Of a stretch of DNA of 56,753 bases, positions 28,294 through 38,339 are shown in pieces. The notes under the pieces were generated by a model. It was not told the DNA's origin, did not search any database, and saw nothing but the letters and a program-made list of their open reading frames with translations. The stretch is from positions 1-56,753 of the forward strand of contig JBAXDB010000003.1 in assembly GCA_037141135.1 (NCBI GenBank), in the 5' to 3' direction. The position numbers were made by a program, and so were the translations under genes. The first letter of the stretch is position 1. Each line of letters starts with the position of its first letter. The DNA comes from a bacterium (lineage in GTDB: Bacteria > Verrucomicrobiota > Kiritimatiellia > CAIKKV01 > CAITUY01).

Positions 28294-29442
28294 TCAAACT
28301 GTGTCATTTAAAATCTCCTGATAGCAGAGTTCAGTTTTCTTCAGGACGGATTCGCTGGAAAACTGCGCAACCGCATACTCATATTGCCCACAAATAAGGA
28401 CCTCCCGGAGTTCCGGCTGTCGAATCCAGGCCGACAATCGATCGGCAATGGTTTGAGGAGACGCGGAATCCTCAATCAATACTCTCTCGGCCGTCGTTTC
28501 TAATAGCTCGCGGATTCCCCCGGAAGCGACGGACATAACCGGAAGCCCCGCAGCGAGCGCTTCGAGGATCACAAAGGGACAGTTTTCTCTTTTGGCCACA
28601 TGCAAATAAATGTCGCAGGCACGCATCACTGACAATATATCCCGTCTATATCCCAGAAAACAAACCTTGTCCTTAAGTCCACGTTGTAAAATGACCTGTT
28701 CCAGCATCCCCTTATCCGGTCCTTCCCCCGCAAGGAGAAATTGAACAGGCAGTTCTCGCAGGCATTCCGCAACAGCAAGAATCAAAATCTGATTTTTCCG
28801 AGACTCCAGCGATCCGACATTCAGGATGCGAACCAGGCCATTGTATCTCTGCGTAATGAGAGGGTCAGCACAAACCTTAGCAGCCGAAAAATCAACACCG
28901 TTATGAATGACCCTGATCGGTGCTGCAGCAGGAATATAGCGGCGGAGGCATTCCGCCGCATACCGCGAAACAGCAATCCAGTTCCAGGTCTGCCGGAATG
29001 TCCACGCATGCCAACGGCGAAGTCCTGCCGCCGCCGCTCCGGGAATGCCCGCCTGATTCAGGGCTTCATCCGCCAGATTTTCATTAAAATGACAGGTCAC
29101 CACCATGGGCACAGCCGCCCCCAGCGCCATTCGGACCGCCGACGCGCTTCCGGGATCCTGAGCATGAACGATGTCGGGTTTCCAATGCAGGGCGCGGGTT
29201 GCCGCAAAAATTCGTCCCCAGCATTTCAGTTCACTGGCGATCAGATTGGGACAAGGACCTCCCCACCCAGCGCCCCTCCGAAAAGCTCCGGTGACCCAAC
29301 GAGCCAAACGCGGAGCACAAGAGGGTGTCACTAAACGTACCTCATGCCCGGCGTTCTCAAGCGCAGCCTTGAGCCGCGTGCAATAGACACGCACCCCCGA
29401 AGAGGACTCCTGATCCATATAACTCGTCAATAGTATTTTCAA
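28294..29442 (-). CDS. GT4 glycosyltransferase
   Basis: IHNGVD, GSLESRKNQ, ENCPFVILEALAAG. Confidence 0.9.
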   Translation of the reverse strand: MKILLTSYMDQESSSGVRVYCTRLKAALENAGHEVRLVTPSCAPRLARWVTGAFRRGAGWGGPCPNLIASELKCWGRIFAATRALHWKPDIVHAQDPGSASAVRMALGAAVPMVVTCHFNENLADEALNQAGIPGAAAAGLRRWHAWTFRQTWNWIAVSRYAAECLRRYIPAAAPIRVIHNGVDFSAAKVCADPLITQRYNGLVRILNVGSLESRKNQILILAVAECLRELPVQFLLAGEGPDKGMLEQVILQRGLKDKVCFLGYRRDILSVMRACDIYLHVAKRENCPFVILEALAAGLPVMSVASGGIRELLETTAERVLIEDSASPQTIADRLSAWIRQPELREVLICGQYEYAVAQFSSESVLKKTELCYQEILNDTV

Positions 29443-30680
29443 AGATTATACGACCCGTTATCAGGTCCGGGGTACTCCACAAGCAATTGTCGATACTGAC
29501 TGCAAAATTTGGCGATGTCGAAGTGTTCAACCGCATACTGTCTGGCCGCCGCAGAAAGACGTTCCAATAATTCGGGAGCTGATACCAGCAACGTCAACCG
29601 CGCCATCATGTCCTGAACAATCTCAGCCTCATTTTCAGCCGTCACAAGAAATCCATTTTCATTATCATGGATGTGGCAACTAATCCCCCCAAGGGCTTCT
29701 GTTGTCAGGGGAACAACCCCTTCAGCCATGGCCTCCATGATGACCATCGGGAACCCTTCGGCCCGTGAAGTCATTATAATGACATCAGCCTGCCGGTAGA
29801 GTTGCGACAGGAGACCGTCATCGGTAATACAGCCTGCCCAGTGGCAGAACGGACGATCGGATTCAGCCACAAAGTCCATAACCTGGTTGCCTGCCAGAGT
29901 GATAACAACGGGGAGCTTTCGCCTTGCACACTCACAGGAAATCCTGCCAATCAAATGAATCCTTTTCTCAGCCGAGCCCCGCCCCACATACACTACCTTC
30001 AATTCTTTACGCTCACGCTGTCGCGATGGCGGAAGGGGCAGAAAAACCCCATTTTCAATAAGAACAACACGCTTTATATACAGGAGAGGAATTCCATATT
30101 GCCGATACTGATCAAGCAGGTGTTCGCGTGTCTGCGGAGTGATGATAACGCGTTGATCCAAAAGGGTGACATAAGGCAAACTTTCATGGAAGGTATCTGG
30201 CAAAACATAATGCAACAAATCAAGCCTCCGCGTGGAGTCTGAAAAATAAGGCAGTGCCCTGTAATAAGGAACCGAATTGCATCCAAATACAACGGACCCT
30301 TTGCGATTTTCCGCCACCCCCACGAAAAATCCCATGATAAAGCCTATTAAAAACCGACGAAAGGGGGTTTGCGTAAAATCAAACACCCGCGCAGATTTCA
30401 TAAAGCCCGCAAGAAACCTGTCATCAGAACTGGGGAAGGTTGTCAAAATCACCCAGGGTTTCCGGTCAGCCACAGCGGTCACAATATCCACATGAACCCG
30501 CGTTGAGCCCCCCAGATTACTACAAGGGAAAAAGAACATCAGGCTGGGTGGCAAAATACGGCTGATCCGCCCGATCAGGCGTCCGATATAAAGAGGAACA
30601 GGCCAATAACAGCGGGATAGAATTCGATTCATCCCTCGCATGTAAAATCTTCCTGGAGGAGGTAAAGCGGTATCAGGCAT
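29439..30680 (-). CDS. GT4 glycosyltransferase
   Basis: YVGRGSAEKR, EGFPMVIMEAMAEG; start moved to the ATG overlapping the flippase stop. Confidence 0.88.
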   Translation of the reverse strand: MPDTALPPPGRFYMRGMNRILSRCYWPVPLYIGRLIGRISRILPPSLMFFFPCSNLGGSTRVHVDIVTAVADRKPWVILTTFPSSDDRFLAGFMKSARVFDFTQTPFRRFLIGFIMGFFVGVAENRKGSVVFGCNSVPYYRALPYFSDSTRRLDLLHYVLPDTFHESLPYVTLLDQRVIITPQTREHLLDQYRQYGIPLLYIKRVVLIENGVFLPLPPSRQRERKELKVVYVGRGSAEKRIHLIGRISCECARRKLPVVITLAGNQVMDFVAESDRPFCHWAGCITDDGLLSQLYRQADVIIMTSRAEGFPMVIMEAMAEGVVPLTTEALGGISCHIHDNENGFLVTAENEAEIVQDMMARLTLLVSAPELLERLSAAARQYAVEHFDIAKFCSQYRQLLVEYPGPDNGSYNL

Positions 30681-32229
30681 GAGACCCTCCCCGTGGCTTG
30701 CCATCCTTACGGATTTTGGACTTCCATTGGCGATACATGTTGAACCCGACCTTACAGGCAACTGATTCCAACCGCCCCGCCGGGATAAGCTCGGCAAAAG
30801 CGTACAACGAGTGGAGCGCGGCCACCATGGCGATCAAGACACCCAATACCGTTTTATAACCGGGCGGGAGAAGAACCATACAGGAGAGACTCGCCCCAAC
30901 CAGACTGATAACCGTTATCACGTAACGTTTTGCAATCCCCATAAATTGAAACGAAAAAATCCGTTGAGACACACAAAACGCCACCACACAATTGATACAG
31001 GAGGCAACAAAAAAGGCCATTCCGACCCCGTTTAGCCCAAACTTCATACTTGCAGGAACAAGCAAGAGTAGATTCACAAGATAAAACGCACCATCCGCCA
31101 GGAAGATCATCCGCATCGCACCACGTGCATAGAGAGCCATACTGAACGGCCATGCCATTACTCGAACAAGCGCTCCCAGTAAATACCATCTCAAAACACC
31201 TACCGCAGGCATGAAACTATGCGCGTAGAACAATTCAATCACCAGAGGTGCCATAACCAGCGTGGCCACGATCCCCGGAGCCGCCAGCAATACAGTCGTT
31301 ACGAGTTGCTCGTTGATGCTTTCATTGACATCCCTGGCCCCCGTACTGATCGAGGCGATGCGCGGGAAATAGTCTGCACTCATTGCCTGCAACACAATAC
31401 CCACATAAATGTTTGAAAGGTTTAGCGCGACCTGGAAATATCCCCCCACATCAAGGCCAAATGATCTAATCACATAGGTTCGAATGATCCAGCCCAGCAG
31501 ACTGCTCGCGATACTATTAATTGTAAAAAGGAGCCCAATGCTCATCAACGGGCTCAATATCGGCATTACCGCAACCTCTTGCCGCACGACTGGCGGCAGG
31601 TGGAGCCGCCGGAAAGCAACGGTTGCAAGAACCGCACCTGACAAAGCAGTGATGATGGGAAGCCAGACGATACCGGGCATGCCGCCCCAAATAACCACTG
31701 GGACACCAATTAAGACCCCAAAAATCGAACCCCACACACCAATACTGGCCAGTTGTGCCATGTGTCGTGTAGCCTGAATAATGGTGGTGCAACCCAACGC
31801 CAGGGCTCCGCCTAAAACGGCCAGACCAAGTAATGCCAACCCGTGATAGTCCCCTGCCACTCCAAAAGTCCACAACCCAATCTGTTTGGATAGCAGAATC
31901 AAACAGATCGCACCTAACATACCTAAGCCCCAGGCTAATCGCCGGATAACCCAGGCCACCTGCGACACGGAGACATCCCCACCCCGTCCAGCCGCTTCCG
32001 CAATAATACGCACCCCACTTGTCCCGATACCGATGCTAAATATCATCACAAAAAGCTCAACAATAGACTGATAGGCCCCCAACAGCCCCATCCCAACCGG
32101 CCCTAGCCAGACGGCCACCACCTTTCCTCTGATTAAACCGCAAAACAGACCCACAACCGCGCTACCACCAATAAGAACGGCAGCCCCAAGAGTCGCACGA
32201 TACCCTGTTCCCTTATGTATACTCATCAA
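30673..32229 (-). CDS. wzx: O-antigen/polysaccharide flippase (Wzx)
   Basis: IRGKVVAVWLGPVGMG, DYFPR, ~12-13 TM helices. Confidence 0.85.
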   Translation of the reverse strand: MMSIHKGTGYRATLGAAVLIGGSAVVGLFCGLIRGKVVAVWLGPVGMGLLGAYQSIVELFVMIFSIGIGTSGVRIIAEAAGRGGDVSVSQVAWVIRRLAWGLGMLGAICLILLSKQIGLWTFGVAGDYHGLALLGLAVLGGALALGCTTIIQATRHMAQLASIGVWGSIFGVLIGVPVVIWGGMPGIVWLPIITALSGAVLATVAFRRLHLPPVVRQEVAVMPILSPLMSIGLLFTINSIASSLLGWIIRTYVIRSFGLDVGGYFQVALNLSNIYVGIVLQAMSADYFPRIASISTGARDVNESINEQLVTTVLLAAPGIVATLVMAPLVIELFYAHSFMPAVGVLRWYLLGALVRVMAWPFSMALYARGAMRMIFLADGAFYLVNLLLLVPASMKFGLNGVGMAFFVASCINCVVAFCVSQRIFSFQFMGIAKRYVITVISLVGASLSCMVLLPPGYKTVLGVLIAMVAALHSLYAFAELIPAGRLESVACKVGFNMYRQWKSKIRKDGKPRGGSHA

Positions 32230-32987
32230 CAGGCAATCCCCTCATTCCTGCCTGCTCCCGGCTGGATTCCATTTCCATTGAGCCATCGACTAACATCAAC
32301 GTGTCGTGTCAGATAGGGGTCCTTGAAAAGATCCCCTATACAAGGCTCACCCTCATATTCGTTAATATGGACGCAACACTCAAAGGGTAAATGCCGTGCT
32401 GATAAAAAAAGTTTACGGGGAAAATGGAGTTTCTCAAAACGGATAAGATATTCGTCTTTGAACCCATCCAAATCGTTATAAATAAAGAACAAATTATCCG
32501 GATTCACTCTTGCGCATCGCCGCACCCATTTCGCTCTCGCTTCGGCCTCGGAATCATAATGCAGAAACTGTATCTCGATATCATTGATAACCCCGACAGG
32601 ATAATGCAAAGCCCGGCGGGATCGCATCTCATTAATGGCCTCATGCTGTGAATGCGTCCTAAATGATATGGGACTCTTCAAATTACGTTCAAGATTTTCA
32701 ACAAACCGAATGTAATCTTCACCCCAAAAAAATAACCCCACGGTTGGGGTCCTATAGGGCAGGGCGTAACGCCGATAGATTTCACCACCCAGACAGTTGG
32801 AACTAATGATCGAAAAACTGCGATTGTGGAGGAACACCATTCGCCGCGCCCACCCGCAACTTGTGCTTTGGAGAGATTGCCCCACCTTTCTAAGCTTCCG
32901 GAGGGAGCGGTGCAGGAACATTGGAAGCGGCCAATGGGTTGTTAGAAAGTGATTCATCCAGAGAATTTTGCCTGAAGCCTGACACAC
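32226..32987 (-). CDS. DUF1919-like polysaccharide biosynthesis protein
   Basis: FSIISSNCLGG, TPTVGLF, YPVG..IEIQFLHY..AKWVRRCARVNPDNLF; start uncertain. Confidence 0.75.
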   Translation of the reverse strand: MCQASGKILWMNHFLTTHWPLPMFLHRSLRKLRKVGQSLQSTSCGWARRMVFLHNRSFSIISSNCLGGEIYRRYALPYRTPTVGLFFWGEDYIRFVENLERNLKSPISFRTHSQHEAINEMRSRRALHYPVGVINDIEIQFLHYDSEAEARAKWVRRCARVNPDNLFFIYNDLDGFKDEYLIRFEKLHFPRKLFLSARHLPFECCVHINEYEGEPCIGDLFKDPYLTRHVDVSRWLNGNGIQPGAGRNEGIAC

Positions 32988-33140
32988 TTCGTGCCCGTAA
33001 GTTATGCGTTAGTACATACTGTCACAAAAAAACATCTTTATAATATATGACAGTACCTGTTTAATCAATTCGGCAGATTATGGAGATTGAGGCCTTATGC
33101 AGGGAGATATCGGGCCTGGAATTAGAGAAATGCAGGCGAT

Positions 33141-34295
33141 TTATGCAGAGGGGGGGACTCGGGCAAGGACCTCGCGGTATATCTCAACATGCCGTCGTGC
33201 TATGATGTCAGGGTGGAATCGTTGAAGTGCTTGCGCCCTGGCATTAATTGTAAGGTTTTGCGCAAAATTACGGTCGTCCAATAACCGCAGTACACCAGCG
33301 GCAAAACTCTCAGGGTGTTGAGGATTGCCAAATAATCCGGTTTCACAATCAGTGATCAGGTCCGGGATGCCGCCAATGCTGGAGGCCATCACTGCAACAC
33401 CCGCCGCCATCGCCTCCAGCACGACCATCGGACAGTTATCCTCACGCGTTGGATGTGCCAGGAAGGTCGCGGCGGTCAACCAGGACTTCAACTGTTCTCG
33501 ATTTGCATATCCTGCGTATTCGCACCAGGGCCTATCCTTGATGAGGCGCATAAATTCATTACCATAAGCATCGTCTTCCCGTTGTCCCAGAAAAACGATC
33601 CTGAATGGTCTCTCTTTCGCAAGCCAATCCAGTGCCCGGATGAAATCGTTCTGATTTTTGTGATGACAAATGGTGCCGACACACAAGCCAATAGGGGGGC
33701 CGGCGGGATCAGGCGCAACCACGACTTTGAAAAAGCTCTGGTCCACTGCATTGGGAAGCACCCAGGCCTTAGGGGTGAGCTGCCGGACCGCATCAAAAGT
33801 GTAATGGGTGGGGCAGACTACCCCTGCAGTCCGGGGTAATATAAATCGCTCCAGGCGGGCTGCCAACCAAAGAAACGAGAAGGGCCTAGCCCGATTAACC
33901 CGGGCAATGGCCCTCATATTGCCATGAATGGTGATCACGTTGGGAAATCCGCTCAGAACCGCACTGATTGCGCAATCGCGCTCAGTGCCCTGCCCATGAA
34001 CAAGATCAGGCTGAAGTTCGCTCACTTTTCTGCGTACCCCTCGAATGCACCCCTGATATCCCGTTCGCAACCAACCGGCTTTGGGCACATGGAGGGCATG
34101 ATAATGAATGTTGCCAACATGTTGTTCAGGCACAGGCACTGGTTGCTGCAAACAGGATATAACGTTGATCTCGACATCTGGCAGGCTCGAAAAACCCTGT
34201 AGCAGGGCTTCTGGAGCGATACCCATACAGGGCACCACGGAAGTGTAAGTCTTTGAAGACTCCCGGTTATCACTGGTAAGGAGGGCAATACGCAT
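33141..34295 (-). CDS. GT4 glycosyltransferase
   Basis: VHGQGTE, TIHGNM, EDNCPMVVLEAMAAG; start MRIALL. Confidence 0.9.
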   Translation of the reverse strand: MRIALLTSDNRESSKTYTSVVPCMGIAPEALLQGFSSLPDVEINVISCLQQPVPVPEQHVGNIHYHALHVPKAGWLRTGYQGCIRGVRRKVSELQPDLVHGQGTERDCAISAVLSGFPNVITIHGNMRAIARVNRARPFSFLWLAARLERFILPRTAGVVCPTHYTFDAVRQLTPKAWVLPNAVDQSFFKVVVAPDPAGPPIGLCVGTICHHKNQNDFIRALDWLAKERPFRIVFLGQREDDAYGNEFMRLIKDRPWCEYAGYANREQLKSWLTAATFLAHPTREDNCPMVVLEAMAAGVAVMASSIGGIPDLITDCETGLFGNPQHPESFAAGVLRLLDDRNFAQNLTINARAQALQRFHPDIIARRHVEIYREVLARVPPSA

Positions 34296-34296
34296 G

Positions 34297-35022
34297 TCAG
34301 GGAATGTAATGCAGGTAACGCTCATCCATTAACTGGTTTAGGCGCCGTAGATTTTGTTTAATAGACCATTGAAATTTCCCGGACGGAAAAGCCAGGCCGG
34401 TGGAACCCGCTCGGGCCCGGAGTAGGGGCTGGGTTTTGAATAACCGAATCTGTCCGGCAGGAATAGTTTCAAGCTTGCGAAACAGCACACGTTCAATCCA
34501 TTCACCCGTACGGTCATCACACTGACGGTAAAGATTCGCCAGGTGAGTCCGGTAAAATTCTGTTTGGATGCAAAACATATAAGTTCTGGCCATTTTCTGT
34601 TTGCGAAGCTGGTCAATCAGTAATGAATATTTTTGTTCACTCCCGCACTCTTTTAGAATCGCAGACATGTTGAGCAAATCGTAACGCCCGGTCAATTTCA
34701 ACCAACGCCGAGGAGGCTTCGGTTCAGTCAACACCCATTTGTCAAGCATCTCAAATTCCTGAAATCCCTTGCCTTTTTCAGGGTTCCCCGAGGGGGGAAA
34801 ACGATGCACGCGCAATCGGGGTGAATCAGCAAACTCCGGATAACGCTCCAGCGGGTAGTTGGAGTTTTCCAGAAAGATAACAGGTGCAAATTGCTGACAA
34901 GACTGCACCACATGCCGGTATTCCGCCAACCGGGCTTCCGGAGTCAGGGAGACTGCGCCAGCCACATTAGGGATGATGGTACCGGTTAAAACTACAGGCA
35001 TTTGGGCATGAAATTCAGGCAT
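34297..35022 (-). CDS. Hypothetical protein (first gene of the EPS operon)
   Basis: VLTGTIIPN, FLENS, GKGFQEFEM, KLTGRY pattern seen in polysaccharide-locus hypotheticals. Confidence 0.7.
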   Translation of the reverse strand: MPEFHAQMPVVLTGTIIPNVAGAVSLTPEARLAEYRHVVQSCQQFAPVIFLENSNYPLERYPEFADSPRLRVHRFPPSGNPEKGKGFQEFEMLDKWVLTEPKPPRRWLKLTGRYDLLNMSAILKECGSEQKYSLLIDQLRKQKMARTYMFCIQTEFYRTHLANLYRQCDDRTGEWIERVLFRKLETIPAGQIRLFKTQPLLRARAGSTGLAFPSGKFQWSIKQNLRRLNQLMDERYLHYIP

Positions 35023-35068
35023 AGTGTTACTGTTTCAGGGACGAGTGTTACTGTTTCAGGGACGAGTG
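35023..35068. repeat. Perfect 21 bp tandem duplication abutting the EPS operon start codon
   Basis: AGTGTTACTGTTTCAGGGACG x2 plus AGTG. Confidence 0.9.
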
Positions 35069-35093
35069 GTAATCGTTCGGTTTCATTCATGGC

Positions 35094-35122
35094 AAACTAC
35101 TGGAATCCGGATTGAGGGTCAA
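35094..35122 (-). promoter_or_regulatory. sigma70-type promoter for the EPS operon
   Basis: Minus strand TTGACC-17 bp-TAGTTT. Confidence 0.55.
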
Positions 35123-35271
35123 GATCCTGGATGAAGCAGGCTGCACACATCATGATTATGGGTAAAACAGTTTTAGCATTCCCTCCGAGGCATCAGCCGC
35201 CAGTAACCCATCTTCACGCCTTCCCCACACCCGCTATCTTCCGTTCCCGTGGCCAAAATGCGAATTGCTGG

Positions 35272-35319
35272 TTTGGAATGGGATTGTATATTCTGAGATC
35301 CACTGTTATTTTTTGTGCC
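35272..35319 (+). repeat. Promoter-containing direct repeat, copy 1
   Basis: 37/48 identical to 37158-37205; contains TTGTAT-17-TATTTT with extended -10 TGn. Confidence 0.7.
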
Positions 35320-35326
35320 ATTCTAA

Positions 35327-37087
35327 ATGATCCAAATGACGAAAGATATCGGGAACGATCAGCGCAGTCACAGGACGTGGTGGGTATTCATCTGCTTGTT
35401 GGCAGCTACGGTGGCCTATGCCCACTATGACATCAATGAAGTGTTCTTTTCCGGCAATGTATTCCGGGAATGGTGGACTGTATTCCGGGTGCTGAAAATT
35501 GCGATTTTCGCATTCGCGTTTCCCGCCATGCTGGTATTGCTGATAAGTTTTCGCCCCGCTTCTCGCCGTTATTACTGGGTGGTTGCTGGTCTGACGTTGG
35601 TGTTTACGGGCGGTATTTTTGTTGTTGTCCTGTATATGGACTATTTCTGCAAAATTCTGAATTTTGATAAGCTATCAGACGCAGGCAACTTGAGCTCCGT
35701 GGCCAGCCAGATTGCAATTCAGTTTATTAAACCGCATAGCGTAATTTTATTGGTATGTGGGCTAGCCGCGGTTGCTTTGTTAATCCGGCAGGTCAGGCGC
35801 CGGACAGAGGCGGCTATCAGGCGCGGCTTGATCATATTCTGCTACACGTCCGTGATAGCCTACTTTTCCCTGGTAGGATTACAGGTTTGGCGCTTCGGTT
35901 CGCCGGTAAAGAAACTGGTGAACTACGGCGGCGTGCTGACAGCCTCCCATTACGGATTTATTGTGGCTTATGCCAGCATGATTGTCATGCATGCGACACC
36001 GCCCGATACGGCCACGGTCGTCGCTTATCCCGGAACCATCAACAAAGACTTGCCACGAAGGCCGGATATACCACAGTTAACGCGCCCCAACATCTTTATG
36101 GTGCAAGTGGAATCGCTGGATCAACATGTGATTGATCTGTGCGTGGGCAATGAGCAAGTCATGCCTTTTCTACACAATCTCAAATCCCAATGCGTATTCT
36201 TCGACACTTGCTTTACCCACCACAATGGGGGCGGATCGTCCGATGCGGAATTTGCGACACTGCTAAGTATCCTGCCCATCGTGGCGCACAATGGAAACAC
36301 TACTGCCTTATATCATAACATTGACGGGCTCGCGCATACACTGAAACGAAGCAACTACTTTGTCAGCGCTTTCCACCCGAACAAAGGCAGTTTCTATCAC
36401 CGGAAAGAAATGTATTCGAAAATTGGGGCCGATATTTTTTTTGACGCCGATTGGTTTACGGCTCCAGCTCATGGCTGGTATGCTCAAGATCTGGCCTTTT
36501 TCGAACAGAGTTTCCAATTGCTCAGAAAGCATGTTCGGCAACCATTTCTGGCCTATTTCATAACCATTCAATCCCATGGCCCGTTCCGAAACCACGATGA
36601 TCAAACTACAGACCGCTTACACCTTTCCGAAGACCAGTTCGACCGCGTCATGCGCGATTATCTGGCATCTATGCGCGAGGTGGATAGTGCCTTGGCTCGA
36701 TTTTTTCAGTTGCTGAAGGAGCAATATCCCGATGGAAATAACCTCGTATTGATCTATGGCGATCACACTTCGGACGTGATCGATAAATCCAAAAGCGGAA
36801 CGGAAGAAATTCCATTGTTTATTGTTCATCCCGCCTTACGCTCGGAAGTCATTAGCGAACCAGTATCGCTGATAGATATCGCCCCCACGATCACTCATCT
36901 ATTGCGCATCGAATCCGATAAGACTTGGCAGGGCGACACCGTTTTCACTGTCGGTCCACGGCAGGTGGCACTCATTGATCTAACCCGGATCACACGCATC
37001 AATAACGATGTGATCACAGAAAGAACATGCGACTCGCTGCTCCCTTTCCGGCGTTATTCCCGCTATCTTCAAGGTGAGCATCAGTAG
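35327..37087 (+). CDS. LTA synthase/sulfatase-superfamily membrane protein
   Basis: ~5 N-terminal TM helices, PNIFMVQVESL, GGGSSDAEF, SHGPF, YGDH, DIAPTI. Confidence 0.85.
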   Translation: MIQMTKDIGNDQRSHRTWWVFICLLAATVAYAHYDINEVFFSGNVFREWWTVFRVLKIAIFAFAFPAMLVLLISFRPASRRYYWVVAGLTLVFTGGIFVVVLYMDYFCKILNFDKLSDAGNLSSVASQIAIQFIKPHSVILLVCGLAAVALLIRQVRRRTEAAIRRGLIIFCYTSVIAYFSLVGLQVWRFGSPVKKLVNYGGVLTASHYGFIVAYASMIVMHATPPDTATVVAYPGTINKDLPRRPDIPQLTRPNIFMVQVESLDQHVIDLCVGNEQVMPFLHNLKSQCVFFDTCFTHHNGGGSSDAEFATLLSILPIVAHNGNTTALYHNIDGLAHTLKRSNYFVSAFHPNKGSFYHRKEMYSKIGADIFFDADWFTAPAHGWYAQDLAFFEQSFQLLRKHVRQPFLAYFITIQSHGPFRNHDDQTTDRLHLSEDQFDRVMRDYLASMREVDSALARFFQLLKEQYPDGNNLVLIYGDHTSDVIDKSKSGTEEIPLFIVHPALRSEVISEPVSLIDIAPTITHLLRIESDKTWQGDTVFTVGPRQVALIDLTRITRINNDVITERTCDSLLPFRRYSRYLQGEHQ

Positions 37088-37157
37088 GACGATGAAAGTC
37101 AGCGAACCAGTCAAAACATTGACCTCCCATAACAATTGATCCAATAGCTGATTTTCT

Positions 37158-37205
37158 TTTGAAATGGGATTGTCTATTCCGGAATCCGTTGCTATTTTTA
37201 ACGCC
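37158..37205 (+). repeat. Promoter-containing direct repeat, copy 2
   Basis: tttgaaatgggattgtctattccggaatccgttgctatttttaacgcc; TTGTCT-17-TATTTT with TGn. Confidence 0.7.
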
Positions 37206-37246
37206 TTGAAGTAGGACAATGCACGATCTGAACGAAGGAGAACGGT

Positions 37247-38317
37247 ATGGAATTGATCCCAATTGAATGCGGAAATTGCATGGCGAAGCTGAAAATCAAG
37301 GCCATGCCGGCCAGAATGCCGACGGAAGTGAAATGCCCGAAATGCGGGAAACCAATTCCTGTTGGAAAAGGCGCCAAGACGGCATCTGCCGCGATTCCGG
37401 CCCCCGCAGCACCTCCCTCCCCGATTCCGGTCGCCGCCACCCCTGCCGTACCCGTTTCGACGCCTCCGCCCATCCCCGCACCAGCCGTGGCTCCCGCAAG
37501 TTCAACCGCTCAATTAACGCCTCCGCCTAAACCCATTCAGCAACCCTCTGTTTCTCAACCGGCCAACCCTGTGAAAAAAGCAGCCGCCCCCATAGTTCTC
37601 GGACAAGTCCCCGAAGCCTCCAATGGAGCCAATATCTCCGTCATCTGCCCGTCATGCCAATGGCAAACAAAAGTTTCTCAAACGCTCATAGGAAAAAAGA
37701 TCCGATGCAAACAATGCTCGGGGATCATCCCGGTATCTTCACCTGATCAGGCCACGGAAGAGCCCGTTGTGGCAGCTGTCACAACTCCGTCGCCTGAACC
37801 TTTAAGGCCGGTCGAACCACAACCCCTCCAGGCCCCCATCCCTTTCACGCCTGTCCCTGTTCCGCAAACGACTAGCCCCGCACCCCTCACAATTCCTGCT
37901 GCGCAAGCGATTCCACCGGAAGTGCCACCGTCCGCTGCTCCTGTATCAACCCCAAAAATATCGTCCGGCACAACCATGCTCGTGGAAGAAATTGCCACCC
38001 TGAAAACAAAGCTCGAGACGGCATTAAAAGATTCCTCACAGTCGGTCATGCGCCTGGCCGAAGCTGAACAAAAAGTGCAATATGCGGAAATGCGCACCCG
38101 GGAGGCTGAGCGGACACTTCATGATATGGCGGGCAAAGCGGCCATAGACACCATGACTACCAACCGCAAAATCACCGAATTAGAAGCCAAAATCGTCGCA
38201 CTGAATCAAACCCTCTCATCGGCTACTTCTGAGTTTGGATCTGAACTCGAACAGGCTGAAAAAAGAGTTGCCCGCCTCAAGGAAATAATGGCTTCTCACC
38301 GCGCATTGGCCAGATAG
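37247..38317 (+). CDS. Double zinc-ribbon, Pro/Ala-rich, coiled-coil protein
   Basis: CGNC..CPKC and CPSC..CKQC, low-complexity linkers, C-terminal heptads; AAGGAG RBS. Confidence 0.75.
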   Translation: MELIPIECGNCMAKLKIKAMPARMPTEVKCPKCGKPIPVGKGAKTASAAIPAPAAPPSPIPVAATPAVPVSTPPPIPAPAVAPASSTAQLTPPPKPIQQPSVSQPANPVKKAAAPIVLGQVPEASNGANISVICPSCQWQTKVSQTLIGKKIRCKQCSGIIPVSSPDQATEEPVVAAVTTPSPEPLRPVEPQPLQAPIPFTPVPVPQTTSPAPLTIPAAQAIPPEVPPSAAPVSTPKISSGTTMLVEEIATLKTKLETALKDSSQSVMRLAEAEQKVQYAEMRTREAERTLHDMAGKAAIDTMTTNRKITELEAKIVALNQTLSSATSEFGSELEQAEKRVARLKEIMASHRALAR

Positions 38318-38339
38318 GCCAAGGATTAGCTCTGGCACC

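Noticed and set aside
35023-35068. Possible mini-CRISPR
   Set aside because: Repeats are directly adjacent with no spacers and no cas genes
35131-35430. 99 aa plus-strand ORF upstream of the LtaS-like gene
   Set aside because: Spans a promoter-containing intergenic region, overlaps the next gene out of frame, and has no motifs
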